Positions 37,459 through 47,860 of a stretch of DNA of 51,395 nt are shown piece by piece. Origin of the DNA: Bdellovibrionota bacterium (GTDB lineage Bacteria > Bdellovibrionota_C > UBA2361 > OMII01); NCBI GenBank assembly GCA_044356215.1, contig JBIKWQ010000012.1:1-51395 (forward strand), written 5' to 3'. The position numbers and the translations under genes are program-made. The first letter of the stretch is position 1. Every line of letters begins with the position of its first letter. The notes below the pieces were generated by a model, which did not search any database, was not told the DNA's origin, and was given only the letters and a program-made list of their open reading frames with translations.

Positions 37459-38490
37459 TTAGCCGCAGCGATTAAAGTCTCCGAACGATCCTGTAGCCTT
37501 GGCGCTGATGGCTACTGACTCGCCAGATGCGGTTTTGCCGACTAACGCGAATGTAACGGTTAGGAGCGCCCGGTTAGTAATTCTAATTCCTGTGCCGAGT
37601 GGATCGCCAACATATTTGCCGCCATTATAGGCCTTGAAAATCGGCATTATGATAGTTGCCGTTTGGCCACTCTGCGCCACGGTCGAGTCAGCCTCCTCGG
37701 TTAGCCCCAGCTTTTTGGACGTAAACTCAGTACCCTTGGAATCCACATCGAAAACCGAATATTGAACGTACTCGAACCTAACCTGCTCGGGACGATTGTT
37801 CTTAACAACTAACTTCACATACGTGTCAAAGAAAGGCTCCGGGTCGAATGTAGTCAAAGTTCCATCACAATCCGCTGTCTGTGAGATATCGATGGACGCG
37901 CTTGTTTCAGTTGTACTGCCAGTATCGGCAAAAGCCGCTGTAATGATTCTTACATCGCCATCGTCATTGGTCTGAGACCCGCCCCCTAGCCCTCCTCCAG
38001 CGGCTCCTGGAAAACCCCGAAAGCCTGACGGCACATCGCCAGTACATTGAACCGTTATTGAGCTCCGACGATTAGCGCCAAGCGCTAACCGACAAACAAA
38101 TTGAAAACTACCAGGGGCCTCGCAACCTATCTGACCAGACATATTCCCTGAGTTATCCGTTGGCGCGTATCCTCTCTGAGGCTCAAGAATCGCGATTCCA
38201 TCCTCTGAATCACACACCACATTTATTCCGGCCACGCCCTGCTGCCGTGAATTAGTCGCCCTGACTACGAATCCTGTGGTGTTACCAACCTCAATACTCG
38301 TATTTGAGACATCTAAGGAAACAGTTCCGGTGTTCGACTCATCCGACACGAAAACATCATCATCGTAGCTATTTCTTGATGAGGAACCCCCATCAGTGCT
38401 CCCCTGTCCACCCATGCAGCCCAAAATGGCCCCAGAAATTGAGAGGATGCTGATTAATCCTAGCCGATAAACAAAGCGCCTCTGTCTCAT
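37459..38490 (-). CDS. Putative lipoprotein with Ig-like beta region
   Basis: Lipobox-like AILGC; Gly-rich linker; beta-rich; several Cys. Confidence 0.7.
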   Translation of the reverse strand: MRQRRFVYRLGLISILSISGAILGCMGGQGSTDGGSSSRNSYDDDVFVSDESNTGTVSLDVSNTSIEVGNTTGFVVRATNSRQQGVAGINVVCDSEDGIAILEPQRGYAPTDNSGNMSGQIGCEAPGSFQFVCRLALGANRRSSITVQCTGDVPSGFRGFPGAAGGGLGGGSQTNDDGDVRIITAAFADTGSTTETSASIDISQTADCDGTLTTFDPEPFFDTYVKLVVKNNRPEQVRFEYVQYSVFDVDSKGTEFTSKKLGLTEEADSTVAQSGQTATIIMPIFKAYNGGKYVGDPLGTGIRITNRALLTVTFALVGKTASGESVAISAKATGSFGDFNRCG

Positions 38491-38527
38491 AAACTAAATC
38501 TCCGGTATCAAAAGTCTTAAGATGCCT

Positions 38528-39442
38528 CTAGAATATCTTAGCCAGATCCCCAACGTTACTATCATCGCTTAGAGTCCCCTCTGATATGGCGGCTGTCGTA
38601 ACAGTAGGTATTGGGGGTACTATCGAGCTCTCCGCTAGGATGTCAAAATCAAACACTCCATCGTTTGTTTCATATCTGTTTCCAGAGGAGGATATCCCGC
38701 TCACTCTGATTACTACCTCCATCTTAAATGGCGGCTCCGGGAGGAGATCTCTATTGAAGTTTAACCACTCTCTTATTGATGAAGGAACGATCGTTACCTC
38801 CGCTAAGGCTCGGTTACAGACACTTGAGAAAGTCGGTGGGAGGCTAGTAAAGAGCGGCCTCCGAATACCAGCGTTAGTTGGCGAATTAGTTGTAGATCCG
38901 TTTGTTCCAGTTCCTCCCGTAGTACCACCTCCCAAAGCCGATTCCGCCGGACCAAGAATTGTGGAGAGCGGAACGGTGGTAGAGGGCGGCTGAGCGTTCG
39001 CCCCCGGGATAAAATAATCTAAGACAACGCGCTCAGTCCTAAACGCCTGTCCATAAAGATTATTCTGTAGACCTACAACAGAGAGATATCCTCCCGCGGG
39101 ATCGGTAGTGTTACTCCGAGTTGAAGAGGAGGTCTGACCGCCCGTTGTAGATCCAGAATCAGCGGGTGGCACGTAGGCGACCTCACCCAAACGGATATAC
39201 CCGCCAGTCACACCGGTGGGTAGTTGTAGACATCCTTGGCTAGCTGCGCCTCCTCCACCTCCAGCTCCACCTCCAGCACCTCCTGCTGTTTGCGCAGTGG
39301 AGGAGAATAACCCCAAGAAGGTAACTGACATACCTTGGTCGTTATTAGCCGCGCCATTGCCACCGCATGATGTTGTGGACAAAGAGAGTCCAAGAGCTAA
39401 CATTAGGCGGCTCATTTTACGAATTACAATTCTATCTCTCAT
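38528..39442 (-). CDS. Putative lipoprotein, Gly/Thr-rich
   Basis: Lipobox-like STTSC; GGAG upstream of ATG 39442; directly after pilQ. Confidence 0.7.
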   Translation of the reverse strand: MRDRIVIRKMSRLMLALGLSLSTTSCGGNGAANNDQGMSVTFLGLFSSTAQTAGGAGGGAGGGGGAASQGCLQLPTGVTGGYIRLGEVAYVPPADSGSTTGGQTSSSTRSNTTDPAGGYLSVVGLQNNLYGQAFRTERVVLDYFIPGANAQPPSTTVPLSTILGPAESALGGGTTGGTGTNGSTTNSPTNAGIRRPLFTSLPPTFSSVCNRALAEVTIVPSSIREWLNFNRDLLPEPPFKMEVVIRVSGISSSGNRYETNDGVFDFDILAESSIVPPIPTVTTAAISEGTLSDDSNVGDLAKIF

Positions 39443-39458
39443 AATACACTCTCCCATC

Positions 39459-42374
39459 TTACGAAACTATTTTGGATTTCGCGTCCTCAAAACTCCCCTC
39501 TACTATTCTTGGCGTGATGAAGAAGAGCAGCTCTTCATCTTGGTGCTCGGTAACGTTGCTGCGGAACAACGTGCCAATAACCGGAATATCCTTGAAAAAT
39601 GGTACTCCAGATATCGAATCCTGCTCAGTAATTTTGTAGATACCACCTAAGGCGAATGTCTGTCCGCTTGAAACTAATACCGAGGAGCTCGCGCTACGCT
39701 CTATCTCGTTTGGGATTCCATCAACTCTCTGCGAGCCGAAGCTGCTGGACTTGGCCCTTATATCGAGCAAGATGTAGTAATCAGGCGATGCCTGTGGCGT
39801 TACGTTGAGCACAATTCCCGCCTCAATCGTCTGAGTGGCTACGTCACCACTGCCGGATGATGTAGCTCCCGATCCACTGGCGATAGATAATCCTCCGTTT
39901 GGCAACTTAACACGGTACTTCTCAACGCTCTTGATCTCGGCTGGTTTATTGTTAGTCGTCGCCACCGCTGGCTTACTGATAATGCGCACCTGTCCCTCTT
40001 GCTCTAGTTGCGAGAGGCGCAGAGCCAAACTTTTTGTTCCATCAGCGCTATCGAACAGCATCGTCACCGCCGATCCTAACAGCGATGAGGACTCCACTGG
40101 GAAAGCGGAGCCAGTGTTACTATTACGATTGGTCGGGTCAGCACTGCCGCCCACAGAGATCGCCGCCGGAAAATTAAGTCCTGTGCCATTTCCGGTAGCT
40201 GGCGACTGAATGTATTGGAAGCCCAACTCCGCTCCCAGCTTACGGGAGAGATTTCTATTAGCCTCAACTATCTGTGTCTCAAGTAAGATCTGCGGTGTTC
40301 GTAGGTCGACCTTCTTGATCAACTCCTCAACATTCTTAAGCCCCTTCTTGGTATCTTTAACCACGAGCTGATTTGATCTCTCATCAAACGCTACAGATCC
40401 ACGCTCTGAAAGAACCGTCTCCACTAGCGTCTTAATCTCAGAAGCCTTCGCGTAGCTAATCCTGATATACTTAACACTAAGAGGCTCAAGCTCCTCTTCC
40501 GCTACCCGTGCTTGCTTGAAGGACTCGCGCTCATCTCTTAGTTTATCAACCGGAGCAACACGGAGAACATTACCCTCTAAAACCTTATCTAAGCCGTGGC
40601 TCTTAAGAATCACTTCTAGCGCTTGATCCCAAGGGACATCAACAAGTTTAAGAGTCACCTTTCCTACAACTCCATCACTCGCGACGATGTTTAGGTTAGA
40701 AACCTCCGCGATGATCCTCAAAGCGCTGTCAATGTCAGCGTCCTGAAGGTCCAGTGATATCAGCCTACCCGTGTAAGTGGATGACGCACCGTTAATAGCC
40801 GCTAGCTCACTCTGATCGGGCCCAGAGAAGCCCTGATCCGAGCTCGCATTCCGCGGCTTTAAATTCTCCTTCGCTGGGTTAGCACCGTCCTTTGAGTCCG
40901 GCTGCTTATCGCTCTCCTTAGCCGAAGCGGGAGCGATCTGCGCCCGAATGTCTCTAGCCACCTGCGCGAGATCTTGCGTCTCCTCTACTCGCAAAGTGTC
41001 ACCAACTCTTTTCATAGTCAGGTAACTTGAAGCTTGCGAGAAGATTCTAACAAGCGTATCCCCACCCTCGTTGACAACACGAGCTGAGCGGATACCGCTA
41101 CCGCCCGGTGGCGCGAATAGCGTCTGCTGTAAAAGATTAGAAGCCGCTGAAACCTTTTTTAGTGTTACTACGTATTCAGATGGAGCCGTCCGAGTCATAG
41201 AATACTCGGTGTCCTTCTTAATTCCGATAACCACCGCCGGCGCTGCGCTCTCTGATCTATCTATAACGACCGAGGATATTTTTGCCCCGTCATTGTTAAG
41301 CTTATCACCGTTCTGATTATCAAGCACTTTAGCCACATCAGCCTTAACCTCAGGCTTTACCTCAGGCTTAACTTCAGCCTTCACCTCAGGCTTTGTTTCG
41401 GGCTTGGCGATAGACTCGTTTAGAGGCTGCTCTTTAACTTCCTCTTTTTTGGGTTCAACTATAGCCGCGGCCTGCGCCGGCTTAGGTAAATTAAGAAGTT
41501 CGCTCACATAATTAAGCGGCTGACTATCTCTTGTCTGAACCTCTTTAAACTGATCAAGTGGTAGCTCATCCTGCGCGCTATCAAAAGAGCTCATATTCAG
41601 ATCCTGTTTGATCGAAACGAACTTTTTAGCGAGCTGACTTTTCTCAAAGGAGAAGCTAGCCCTATCGGACGACGCTATATCTTTCCCGACAACCTCGATC
41701 TGAGGCGGTGAAGCTGGTCGCTCAGGCAGCGCTAAGGCCCCCTTATTTGAATCCTCAAAACTTATTTGAGAGGTCTCTGCAACTGAGCTCGAACCAGAGA
41801 CAAGGGCCTCCTCATCGAGAGCGAGCGATACATTTGCCTTCGGCAGCTCCATCTTTGCCGCGCTCTCTTCGACTGGCTTTTCCGCGCGCGCGCCAGAAAG
41901 CGATACGATCACCGCTCCCTTCTCAAGACGCGCGTCGTGGACTACAGGCGCGCCATTATTTAAGTCTAACACTATGCGTGTCTTGCCTGGATGAGATCCC
42001 ACTCTAACTCCAGACACAAATTGGAGCTCTGGTGTCTTGAAGGATCTCGCGTTTGGTAGTCTATCTATATCTAAATCAACTACTATTCTCTCCGGACCTG
42101 AAACGCGCGTTATTGAATACTTCGGGGCTTCGACTCCCGTTGTGATAGCTATCTGATTCACACCAGCGACAGGCGCGCTGGAGATAATGCTGGATGACGC
42201 CGATAAAGCCGCTGGCTGCGCCGATTTCGGCGCGAGATCTTTCTTTGGCTCTTGAGCTACTTTTACGCTCGCTGGTTCAGCATTAGCTACGCCCGTGACG
42301 ATTAACCCGCCACTTGACGCGATAGCGACCGCCATCAGCGTTCGCGCTACGATGTTAGACTTTATAGACACCAT
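39459..42374 (-). CDS. pilQ: Type IV pilus secretin PilQ with AMIN domains and long linker
   Basis: PERIVVD/KTRIVLDL (AMIN), YTGRLISLDLQDAD, DVPWDQAL, secretin C-terminal VPFFKDIPVIGTLF..ELLFFITPRI; KPEV repeats. Confidence 0.93.
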   Translation of the reverse strand: MVSIKSNIVARTLMAVAIASSGGLIVTGVANAEPASVKVAQEPKKDLAPKSAQPAALSASSSIISSAPVAGVNQIAITTGVEAPKYSITRVSGPERIVVDLDIDRLPNARSFKTPELQFVSGVRVGSHPGKTRIVLDLNNGAPVVHDARLEKGAVIVSLSGARAEKPVEESAAKMELPKANVSLALDEEALVSGSSSVAETSQISFEDSNKGALALPERPASPPQIEVVGKDIASSDRASFSFEKSQLAKKFVSIKQDLNMSSFDSAQDELPLDQFKEVQTRDSQPLNYVSELLNLPKPAQAAAIVEPKKEEVKEQPLNESIAKPETKPEVKAEVKPEVKPEVKADVAKVLDNQNGDKLNNDGAKISSVVIDRSESAAPAVVIGIKKDTEYSMTRTAPSEYVVTLKKVSAASNLLQQTLFAPPGGSGIRSARVVNEGGDTLVRIFSQASSYLTMKRVGDTLRVEETQDLAQVARDIRAQIAPASAKESDKQPDSKDGANPAKENLKPRNASSDQGFSGPDQSELAAINGASSTYTGRLISLDLQDADIDSALRIIAEVSNLNIVASDGVVGKVTLKLVDVPWDQALEVILKSHGLDKVLEGNVLRVAPVDKLRDERESFKQARVAEEELEPLSVKYIRISYAKASEIKTLVETVLSERGSVAFDERSNQLVVKDTKKGLKNVEELIKKVDLRTPQILLETQIVEANRNLSRKLGAELGFQYIQSPATGNGTGLNFPAAISVGGSADPTNRNSNTGSAFPVESSSLLGSAVTMLFDSADGTKSLALRLSQLEQEGQVRIISKPAVATTNNKPAEIKSVEKYRVKLPNGGLSIASGSGATSSGSGDVATQTIEAGIVLNVTPQASPDYYILLDIRAKSSSFGSQRVDGIPNEIERSASSSVLVSSGQTFALGGIYKITEQDSISGVPFFKDIPVIGTLFRSNVTEHQDEELLFFITPRIVEGSFEDAKSKIVS

Positions 42375-42633
42375 CTCTCATCCCTTGAGTTACTGCCGTT
42401 GTCGCGGATTTCCTCGCGGAACTTTCACGAAGACCGAGAAAGTTCGCTTTGGCTATTCGCCACAACTCCCTGTTCCTAAGTGGTGGAAAAATGACCTTCC
42501 TCCGCTCAGGTACTGAGAGATGAGATGGTGACTTGGTGAGAAAAGAATCGGAAAAGAGAGGGAAGAGAGGTGAAAACGGGAGCTTCGCCAAATTAAACCA
42601 ACGTTACACCCAAGCGACGCTCTTCAAACCCTG

Positions 42634-43203
42634 TTACAGAGCGGCGCGCTCTTCAATATCTAGCTCTGCGTCTATCGCACCTTTAGATGGGTAGGACCAG
42701 TCCACCGGCGCGTTTAATACCACCTCAAGTATAACCGCGCTGGAGCTGTCATAGGAGAGCTCGGTAATAAAATCGGTAATCGCCCGGTAAGTTCCAGAGA
42801 TAGATAGCTTTGAGGTTGATGGAGAGACCGAACTTAGAGGGCCGAGCTTAACCGATGAAACTTGGGCCGCGTGATCTATGGCTTTTAGAAATTGACCTTT
42901 ACTAATTTCAAGCGTTTTGCCAATCAAGGTCTTCTCGTCGTAACCAAGCTCCTCTAATTCCATCTCTATCAACTCGAGTCTTTTAGATAGAAGCTCCCTG
43001 CTGTTCGCGCTGGATAGAGCGTGTGAATGTGATTCACGCCTTTCCACAATCGCTCTAAAAAGTGGGCTAAAGAGTGCTAGATAGGAGCCAATGAGCTGTA
43101 GCGCTATCGATATAACGCACACAAATACAAATGTCCTCTTGGAGATTCCGGACAATACATGACCAATCCAAGAACTCGTAGCATTTTTACCCACCGGATT
43201 CAT
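42634..43203 (-). CDS. PilO-like protein (divergent)
   Basis: N-terminal TM, coiled coil, LSISGTYRAITDFI; position in cluster. Confidence 0.65.
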   Translation of the reverse strand: MNPVGKNATSSWIGHVLSGISKRTFVFVCVISIALQLIGSYLALFSPLFRAIVERRESHSHALSSANSRELLSKRLELIEMELEELGYDEKTLIGKTLEISKGQFLKAIDHAAQVSSVKLGPLSSVSPSTSKLSISGTYRAITDFITELSYDSSSAVILEVVLNAPVDWSYPSKGAIDAELDIEERAAL

Positions 43204-43215
43204 TTTGATTTACTC

Positions 43216-43758
43216 CTATTCCCTCTGGGCTCTCTGGCTCACCCAAAACTCCTGGTAAAGATCGCGGTCTACTTCTACGTCCTCTAGCCTCTCAATTATT
43301 ATTGACGGGCCGTCGAGGGGCGCGGCTATCTTGCTAGCCATCTCACTGATTGTGCTCCTGTCTCTCGCGACTCCCCTTAGGGATATCGCTCCTCTTGAGA
43401 CCCGCATAGTCCCAAGAGTAACACCTGCCGGGACATTTCTCGCCACCGCGTCTATTACGCTAATAACAAGCAGCTTATCACCAGCGCTCTTAATTCGCGC
43501 GTCAATACCTTCCCTAACACGCCTTAAATCATCCTCTCTAGCTTTGATCCTCTGAGACAGAGCTATTATCTCCTGATGAAGTGGTTCGGCAGGTTCGACG
43601 ATCTCATCTTGAGCAAGATATGTAGCTATAATTAAAACCAGCCAAACACACGCCGTAACAATCAGTAGAGCTAATGTTACTTTTATAATTAAACGTGCGC
43701 GAAGCTCGCCTACTTGGCGGTCTAAAAAGGATTTAGGTATTAAATTTATCGTGTCCAA
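43216..43758 (-). CDS. PilN-like protein
   Basis: INLIP motif, TM, coiled coil, VPAGVTL..ISLRGVA; TTG start after GGAG. Confidence 0.8.
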   Translation of the reverse strand: MDTINLIPKSFLDRQVGELRARLIIKVTLALLIVTACVWLVLIIATYLAQDEIVEPAEPLHQEIIALSQRIKAREDDLRRVREGIDARIKSAGDKLLVISVIDAVARNVPAGVTLGTMRVSRGAISLRGVARDRSTISEMASKIAAPLDGPSIIIERLEDVEVDRDLYQEFWVSQRAQRE

Positions 43759-44752
43759 ACCTTCTCCATATCGATTTAGTATTACAAAACTCCGGATAAG
43801 CAGCACCGATAGCCTCCTCAGACGGGCATGAATGCTCTGAAATAATAAATCGCGGTAGCTGCTCTTTAAGAATAGATTCGCGCGATCGCGAACTAATAAT
43901 CTCGATCCCGTGCTCATCACTTAGAGCCGCTAAGATAGCAGAACTCGCTGGCGCTCCCCCGCCAAGAAGCACTTCGTGAATCGGTTCGCCACGCTCTCGA
44001 TACTGATTAACAATCTCGCTAACCTTAGCTATGAGCCGCTCTGTATGTAGTGAACTGATATCAAGGGTAGCACCATAGCTTAGGTTCAGATCTTGCTCGG
44101 CTAAATCACTAGATAAATCCCACTGATCGACGAGTATCCCCTGATCCCACACCTCGAATCTCGCGAGCTTTTCCCTCGCCGAGCATAAAATAGCGCGTTT
44201 AGATATGACTTCTTGCCTGAGCAGGCGCCAGAATTGATAACAAGCGATTTCCGGAGATACTACTCTGGCGATAAATCTATCTTCACGCCTAAATATACTT
44301 AAGTAGTCCTGAATACGCGCCTCGCGTGCCGTGACCAGCAAAGCCCTCCTGGTCTTAGAGCTTCCTTTTGCGTCTATACAAATACCGTGAACGTTCGCGT
44401 CACTATTCGCCGCGAGCTTCAAGATACCACTAGCTAGGAGCTCCCTCTCTCTTAGTCCGCTAAACTTCTCCGGAATCTCCATACTCGAGTGGTCAAACAG
44501 CCGCTCGGGTAAAACCAAATAAATCAATGTGTCGGCGAATGACCACTTAGCAACTCTCGGCAGCAGGCGCTCTACAGATTCCTGTAGAGAAGAGATGTCG
44601 ACTACCGCCCCTGAAAGTTCACTGATACACCCATCTGGTAATGGCACCTGTTTGAGGCTAAACGCTCTCTTGCCAGTCAAAGCCATATCACAGATCAGCG
44701 CGGTTATCGCCTCGGAGGTGATAACTACCCCTATTGATCGCTTCATCAACAC
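43733..44752 (-). CDS. PilM-like actin-fold protein (highly divergent)
   Basis: SIGVVIT N-terminus, VPLPDGCI, VLLGGGA, AIGAA; first gene of the M-N-O-Q order. Confidence 0.7.
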   Translation of the reverse strand: MLMKRSIGVVITSEAITALICDMALTGKRAFSLKQVPLPDGCISELSGAVVDISSLQESVERLLPRVAKWSFADTLIYLVLPERLFDHSSMEIPEKFSGLRERELLASGILKLAANSDANVHGICIDAKGSSKTRRALLVTAREARIQDYLSIFRREDRFIARVVSPEIACYQFWRLLRQEVISKRAILCSAREKLARFEVWDQGILVDQWDLSSDLAEQDLNLSYGATLDISSLHTERLIAKVSEIVNQYRERGEPIHEVLLGGGAPASSAILAALSDEHGIEIISSRSRESILKEQLPRFIISEHSCPSEEAIGAAYPEFCNTKSIWRRFGHDKFNT

Positions 44753-44948
44753 AAATTATCTCCTTTATTCTTCGCGTGATACCTAATGTTCGGCCAAACA
44801 AAAGAGTTGTTGCGCCTATTTAATAAAGCCAACCAACTCTATAATTTTCGGCTATATCAGTTAGTTACACCCCAGCCCAATGCGAAGCACCCCCGCTAGC
44901 CCTCGTATTCCCTTATCGTCACGCTCAAACTAGGATACCCTTCTCTCT

Positions 44949-47252
44949 ATGCGACAAACGCCACTGCTAACTAGTGAAGATGAAAACCAAGGCAGCCCGC
45001 CTCCTGAGCGTGCTATGTTTACCGCTGTGGTCCCTCCTTTGGATGGGGAATTCATCTACGAATACGATCGTGATCTACATCCGGAATTAAGGGTTGGATA
45101 TGTGGTTCAGGTTCCGTTAGGAAAACGCGAGACTCACGCCTACATCACATCCATAAACTCAGCGAAAGAGGATCTAACTAAGAGTGAGATAGCAGCGCGC
45201 GGGAAAAAAATTAAAGCCATCCCTGATAACGCCGCGACGGCTTTAGCATTTAGCGAGGAACATTTAGCTTTCTACGAATGGATCTCCAAGTACTACTCTG
45301 AGCCGCTATCAAAGATATTAGATCTAGCGGTTCCGACACCGGCTCATGGAAAACCACGAAGTGGTTATATAGTAAATAAAGATTTAGATAACGAAGCTTT
45401 AGAATCGACAAAACTAACTCAAGGGCAGCGGGCAGTGGTAGAGCTTCTGCGCCAGAGTGTTTCCCCTTTAGACTCAAAAACTATTCAGGCTAGCTGCGGC
45501 GCGTCCGCGGCTGTCCTTCGAGGTTTGGTAAAGAAATCCTTAATTTTACAGGTTGAACAATCAAACGGTGATGACGTGGAAAAGAGCCACGAAATCACCG
45601 AGATCACACCACCAGATCTTAACACTGAGCAACAGAACGCCGTCAATCAGATTAAGCAACTTGAGGGGAAATTCTCAACCACGTTACTACAAGGAGTTAC
45701 AGGTAGCGGCAAGACAGAGGTCTACCTCTCCCTAATTATTGAGGCATTGGCGCAGGGGCTCTCGGCCCTGGTGATGGTACCTGAGATCGCTCTTACGCCA
45801 CAGCTCACAGAAAGATTTATCTCCCGACTGAAGATCCCCGTAGCAGTGCTGCACAGCAGCTTGAGGCCCAAAGAAAGGTGGAAGCACTGGTCAGATCTCG
45901 CCTCTGGAAAAGTGCGCGTGGCGATCGGCGCCAGATCCGCGATCTTCGCCCCACTTAAAGATTTAGGAATAATAATAGTTGATGAGGAGCACGATTCATC
46001 CTTTAAACAGGGTGAGGGGATCCGTTATCACGCGCGAGATCTGGCTCTTGTGCGCGCCAAGCTCTCTGAGTGTCCCGTTATTCTAGGCTCAGCAACGCCA
46101 TCTCTGGAGAGCTATCAAAACGCGACTATCGGGAAGTATCTGCATCTTCATCTTAAAGAACGGTATCACGACGCCGCTCCATCTTCGTTTGAAATAGTTG
46201 ATCTTAATAACATCAAACCGTGGCACATGAAGTCTAAAAATATCTCGCCAAAGTTTTTCGCTGGTCTTCAAAGCGCGCTGACACGGGGCGGACAAGCGTT
46301 TATTCTATATAACAAGCGCGGGTTCGCGAGTTATTTACAATGCTCATCGTGCGAACATGTGCTAGGGTGCCCCCACTGTAGCGTAACACTTACCTATCAC
46401 AGAAACTTCAACTCGCTAGTTTGCCATCAATGCGGTTTTACATTGGTGCCACCAGCCGTATGCACAGGCTGCGGAGCGAGAGAAAAAATTGAAGCTGATG
46501 CTGAACCATTATTCGCCCACAGAGGATCAGGAACCGAGCGAGTTCATGAGGAGTTAGGAGCTCTTTTCCCTTCAGCTAGGATAGCTGTACTGGATCGTGA
46601 TACCGCGTCCTCAGTCCAAGACTATGTTGAGATTCTCCGGCGCGTACGCGAACGCGAAGTTGACATCCTTGTAGGTACTCAGATGATCGCCAAGGGGCAC
46701 GATCTCCCGGGAGTTATATTCGTCGGAATAGTCGATTGCGACGTTGGCCTGCATATACCAGATTTCCGCGCCGCTGAGAGAGCTTTTCAACTCCTCACTC
46801 AAGTCTCCGGGCGGGCCGGAAGGCGTAGTGAGCGGGGGCACGTTATTCTTCAAACCCGAGTGCCCACTCATCCAAGCCTAGTTTTTACAGCTTCCTCCAA
46901 ATATGACGAGTTCGCTCTAGGTGAGTTAAAACTGAGAAAGGAGCTGTGTTATCCTCCATTTCACAAACTGTTACGAATCATCGTCTCATCACCCGATAGA
47001 AACCACGCCCTAAAGCGCGCTAGCCAAGTCGCTGGGATGGCGAATTCTCTGGCATCGAATCTTAAAGCTCAGGTTCTCGGCCCAGCACCAGCCCCGATTG
47101 AGAAGATTAAAACCCTGTGGCGCTATCATCTTTTAGTTAGATCACCCTCTGCGGCGTCTCTTCAACACGCGATGAAGCAGATAAAGAAGATGTTTCAATC
47201 AGACTCAGAGACGAGAATATCTTACGACCTCGATCCTCATGATATGCTCTAG
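44949..47252 (+). CDS. priA: Primosomal protein N' (replication restart helicase)
   Basis: GVTGSGKTEVY, VPEIALTPQ, DEEHD, four CxxC, GTQMIAKG, GRAGR. Confidence 0.97.
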   Translation: MRQTPLLTSEDENQGSPPPERAMFTAVVPPLDGEFIYEYDRDLHPELRVGYVVQVPLGKRETHAYITSINSAKEDLTKSEIAARGKKIKAIPDNAATALAFSEEHLAFYEWISKYYSEPLSKILDLAVPTPAHGKPRSGYIVNKDLDNEALESTKLTQGQRAVVELLRQSVSPLDSKTIQASCGASAAVLRGLVKKSLILQVEQSNGDDVEKSHEITEITPPDLNTEQQNAVNQIKQLEGKFSTTLLQGVTGSGKTEVYLSLIIEALAQGLSALVMVPEIALTPQLTERFISRLKIPVAVLHSSLRPKERWKHWSDLASGKVRVAIGARSAIFAPLKDLGIIIVDEEHDSSFKQGEGIRYHARDLALVRAKLSECPVILGSATPSLESYQNATIGKYLHLHLKERYHDAAPSSFEIVDLNNIKPWHMKSKNISPKFFAGLQSALTRGGQAFILYNKRGFASYLQCSSCEHVLGCPHCSVTLTYHRNFNSLVCHQCGFTLVPPAVCTGCGAREKIEADAEPLFAHRGSGTERVHEELGALFPSARIAVLDRDTASSVQDYVEILRRVREREVDILVGTQMIAKGHDLPGVIFVGIVDCDVGLHIPDFRAAERAFQLLTQVSGRAGRRSERGHVILQTRVPTHPSLVFTASSKYDEFALGELKLRKELCYPPFHKLLRIIVSSPDRNHALKRASQVAGMANSLASNLKAQVLGPAPAPIEKIKTLWRYHLLVRSPSAASLQHAMKQIKKMFQSDSETRISYDLDPHDML

Positions 47253-47438
47253 GGAAGGCCGGCAAAACCTACCCGTAGCGAGAAAGTGGAGGTTGAGTTG
47301 ATATTCGATTTTCGAGATGGGAAAAAACCGCAAGTGTATCCTCTGTGATACATTGAGGATTTTTTCCCATCTCGAAAAATCGAAGAGCGGCTCAAGATCC
47401 GCTTTCGAAGTAGGGAGGGGGTTTGCCGGCCTTCCCTA
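47250..47438. mobile_element. Hairpin MITE-like element, copy 1 (189 bp, 17-bp perfect TIRs)
   Basis: TAGGGAAGGCCGGCAAA / TTTGCCGGCCTTCCCTA; long internal IR; second copy at 51201. Confidence 0.85.
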
Positions 47439-47846
47439 AGCGTTATAAATAAATTCAGCCCGCACAAGCGTCTCGGGGTGTAGACTCTTATGAACTGGAC
47501 AGGTCATGCCAGCTCGCTCGATCTTTAATCTATCTGTCTCGCTTAAATCCGCCGGCAGATACACATTTAATACTAGTTCAGCGATCCTACGGGGGTCGCT
47601 GCCCATAATCTTTTCTACCTGAAAACTAGCGCCCTTGAGCGATATGCCATGACGCTCAGCGAACAAAACCATAGTCGTCACAACACACGATCCTAAGGCC
47701 GCCGCTACTAGATCGGTCGGAGAGAACGCTTTACCCTCCCCTCCGTTATCCTTCGGAGCATCTGTAATAATCTGTGTACCCGACTGCTCGTGGGTCAATT
47801 CAAATGATTTACCCCCGATGTACTCCCCTCTAATCAATACACCCAT
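47436..47846 (-). CDS. OsmC/YhfA family protein
   Basis: TDAPKDNGG, FSPTDL..ALGSC, CPVHKSL. Confidence 0.93.
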   Translation of the reverse strand: MGVLIRGEYIGGKSFELTHEQSGTQIITDAPKDNGGEGKAFSPTDLVAAALGSCVVTTMVLFAERHGISLKGASFQVEKIMGSDPRRIAELVLNVYLPADLSETDRLKIERAGMTCPVHKSLHPETLVRAEFIYNA

Positions 47847-47860
47847 GCAATTCTCCCCCA

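Noticed and set aside
41340..41405. 12-bp tandem repeats as a possible CRISPR or VNTR
   Set aside because: In-frame KPEV/KAEV linker of PilQ; no spacers
42355..42591. 78-aa ORF as candidate pilP
   Set aside because: No lipobox or beta-domain pattern; low-complexity translation of a purine-rich intergenic tract
43759..43920. Long N-terminal extension of the PilN-like ORF
   Set aside because: Overlaps pilM out of frame; an RBS and TTG precede the INLIP motif at 43758
47249..47467. 72-aa ORF
   Set aside because: Essentially spans the palindromic element
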